This document shows positions 63,266 to 64,000 of a stretch of DNA of 64,000 bases, one piece after another. The notes beneath the pieces are model-generated. The model was not told the DNA's origin, did no database searches, and saw nothing but the letters and a program-made list of their open reading frames with translations. The position numbers and the translations under genes are program-made. Numbering within the stretch: position 1 is the stretch's first letter; each line of letters opens with the position of its first letter. Origin of the DNA: an uncultured delta proteobacterium (GTDB taxonomy: Bacteria; Desulfobacterota; WTBG01; CAIYCZ01); contig CAWDOY010000005.1 of the NCBI GenBank assembly GCA_963803975.1, positions 42,500 through 106,499 on the forward strand. Direction: 5' to 3'.

Positions 63266-64000
63266 ATGCTTAAATATTTTCTTGCCAAGGGCTTGCTATT
63301 AGGCTTAATAGCCGGCATTTTAACTACCATCTTTGACAGCCTTTACATGTTGTCGCCTGATAATATGCACATCCCCTATTTGTACCCTTTTGGCCTGGTT
63401 ACATTTAATGTCCTCTTCTGGTCAGTTATAGGTTTTTTTTCAGGCTTTATCCTATGGCTATTTTGCAAGGGAAGTGCAAACTCGTTTAAGAAAGAGCATC
63501 TCTGCTGGATGTTTTTTTTCGTGCTTCCTTTTGCCTTGCTGTATGAATTTTTCGGAAGTAAGGACACTGCTGGCGGCATTTTTGAACAGTTGCCATACTT
63601 CGGAAACTATTTTTCCTTTTACTGGGTATTGCTTTTAATTGCATCTCTGCTTTTTTTTACCGTCAGAGCAAAAAGCATAGCAGAATTTTCCCCCTTTTCT
63701 TTTGTCTTTGCAATTCTCACTATTATCCTGCTGTTTCATTTTGGCTACAATATCCTGACGATCCCGCTCTTTTCCGCGCCGTATAACAGTTATATTAAAT
63801 TCTTTCAGGTCAATCAACGTGTCCAGAAGTGGTTATTTTATATCCGTGTATATAGCAGGTATTGCACTCATTGCAGTTTTACACTTCACTGCTTTTTTTA
63901 AAATCAAACCCGTCATCGAAAAATTTGCAGCACAGCATTATAAAAGAGCGGTTGGCATATTGCTCATTACTGTTTTTTCTTTTTTGTCCGGTGCAGGTAT
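63266..64000 (+). CDS. Multi-TM membrane protein, N-terminal part; probably frameshifted near 63840 and continuing past the window
   Basis: Five or more hydrophobic segments; hydrophobic coding continues in another frame to the window end; function unassigned. Confidence 0.55.

Overview
A 64-kb bacterial window; gene content and repeat style suggest a Desulfobacterota/deltaproteobacterial-type organism (inference). Many genes are split by single-base indels, most simply read as long-read assembly errors. Left to right: (1) a type IV pilus minor-pilin/tip operon fimT-pilW-pilV-pilX-pilY1, with a PA14 domain in PilY1; (2) thiolase, crotonase and a hypothetical gene; (3) an ~21-kb MSHA-like type IV filament locus (MshE-like ATPase with MshEN domain, TPR protein, ExeA-type ATPase, secretin, PilM-N fusion, PilO, GspK-like and other minor pilins, major pilin, PilC/MshG). 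It is interrupted by a YfhO-type GT-C gene coupled to the major pilin, a membrane spermidine-synthase-like gene, and an HUH/RAYT transposase element with perfect 22-bp terminal inverted repeats plus a duplicated left end; (4) a two-component pair, aldehyde dehydrogenase, THUMP methyltransferase, a redox gene group including a bilin-reductase-like protein, YciH and an ABC-F; (5) an ~18-kb glycan-modification island (amino-sugar enzymes, GtrB-like GT2, flippase-like protein, GT-C proteins, a second spermidine-synthase-like membrane gene) that includes an extremely AT-rich YfhO gene flanked by IS remnants. The best candidate for a new system is a lipid-carrier-dependent pilin/surface glycosylation pathway pairing YfhO/GT-C enzymes with membrane SpeE-like SAM enzymes. 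Family calls come from motif recognition only; no database searches were run. No rRNA, tRNA or CRISPR array was seen.
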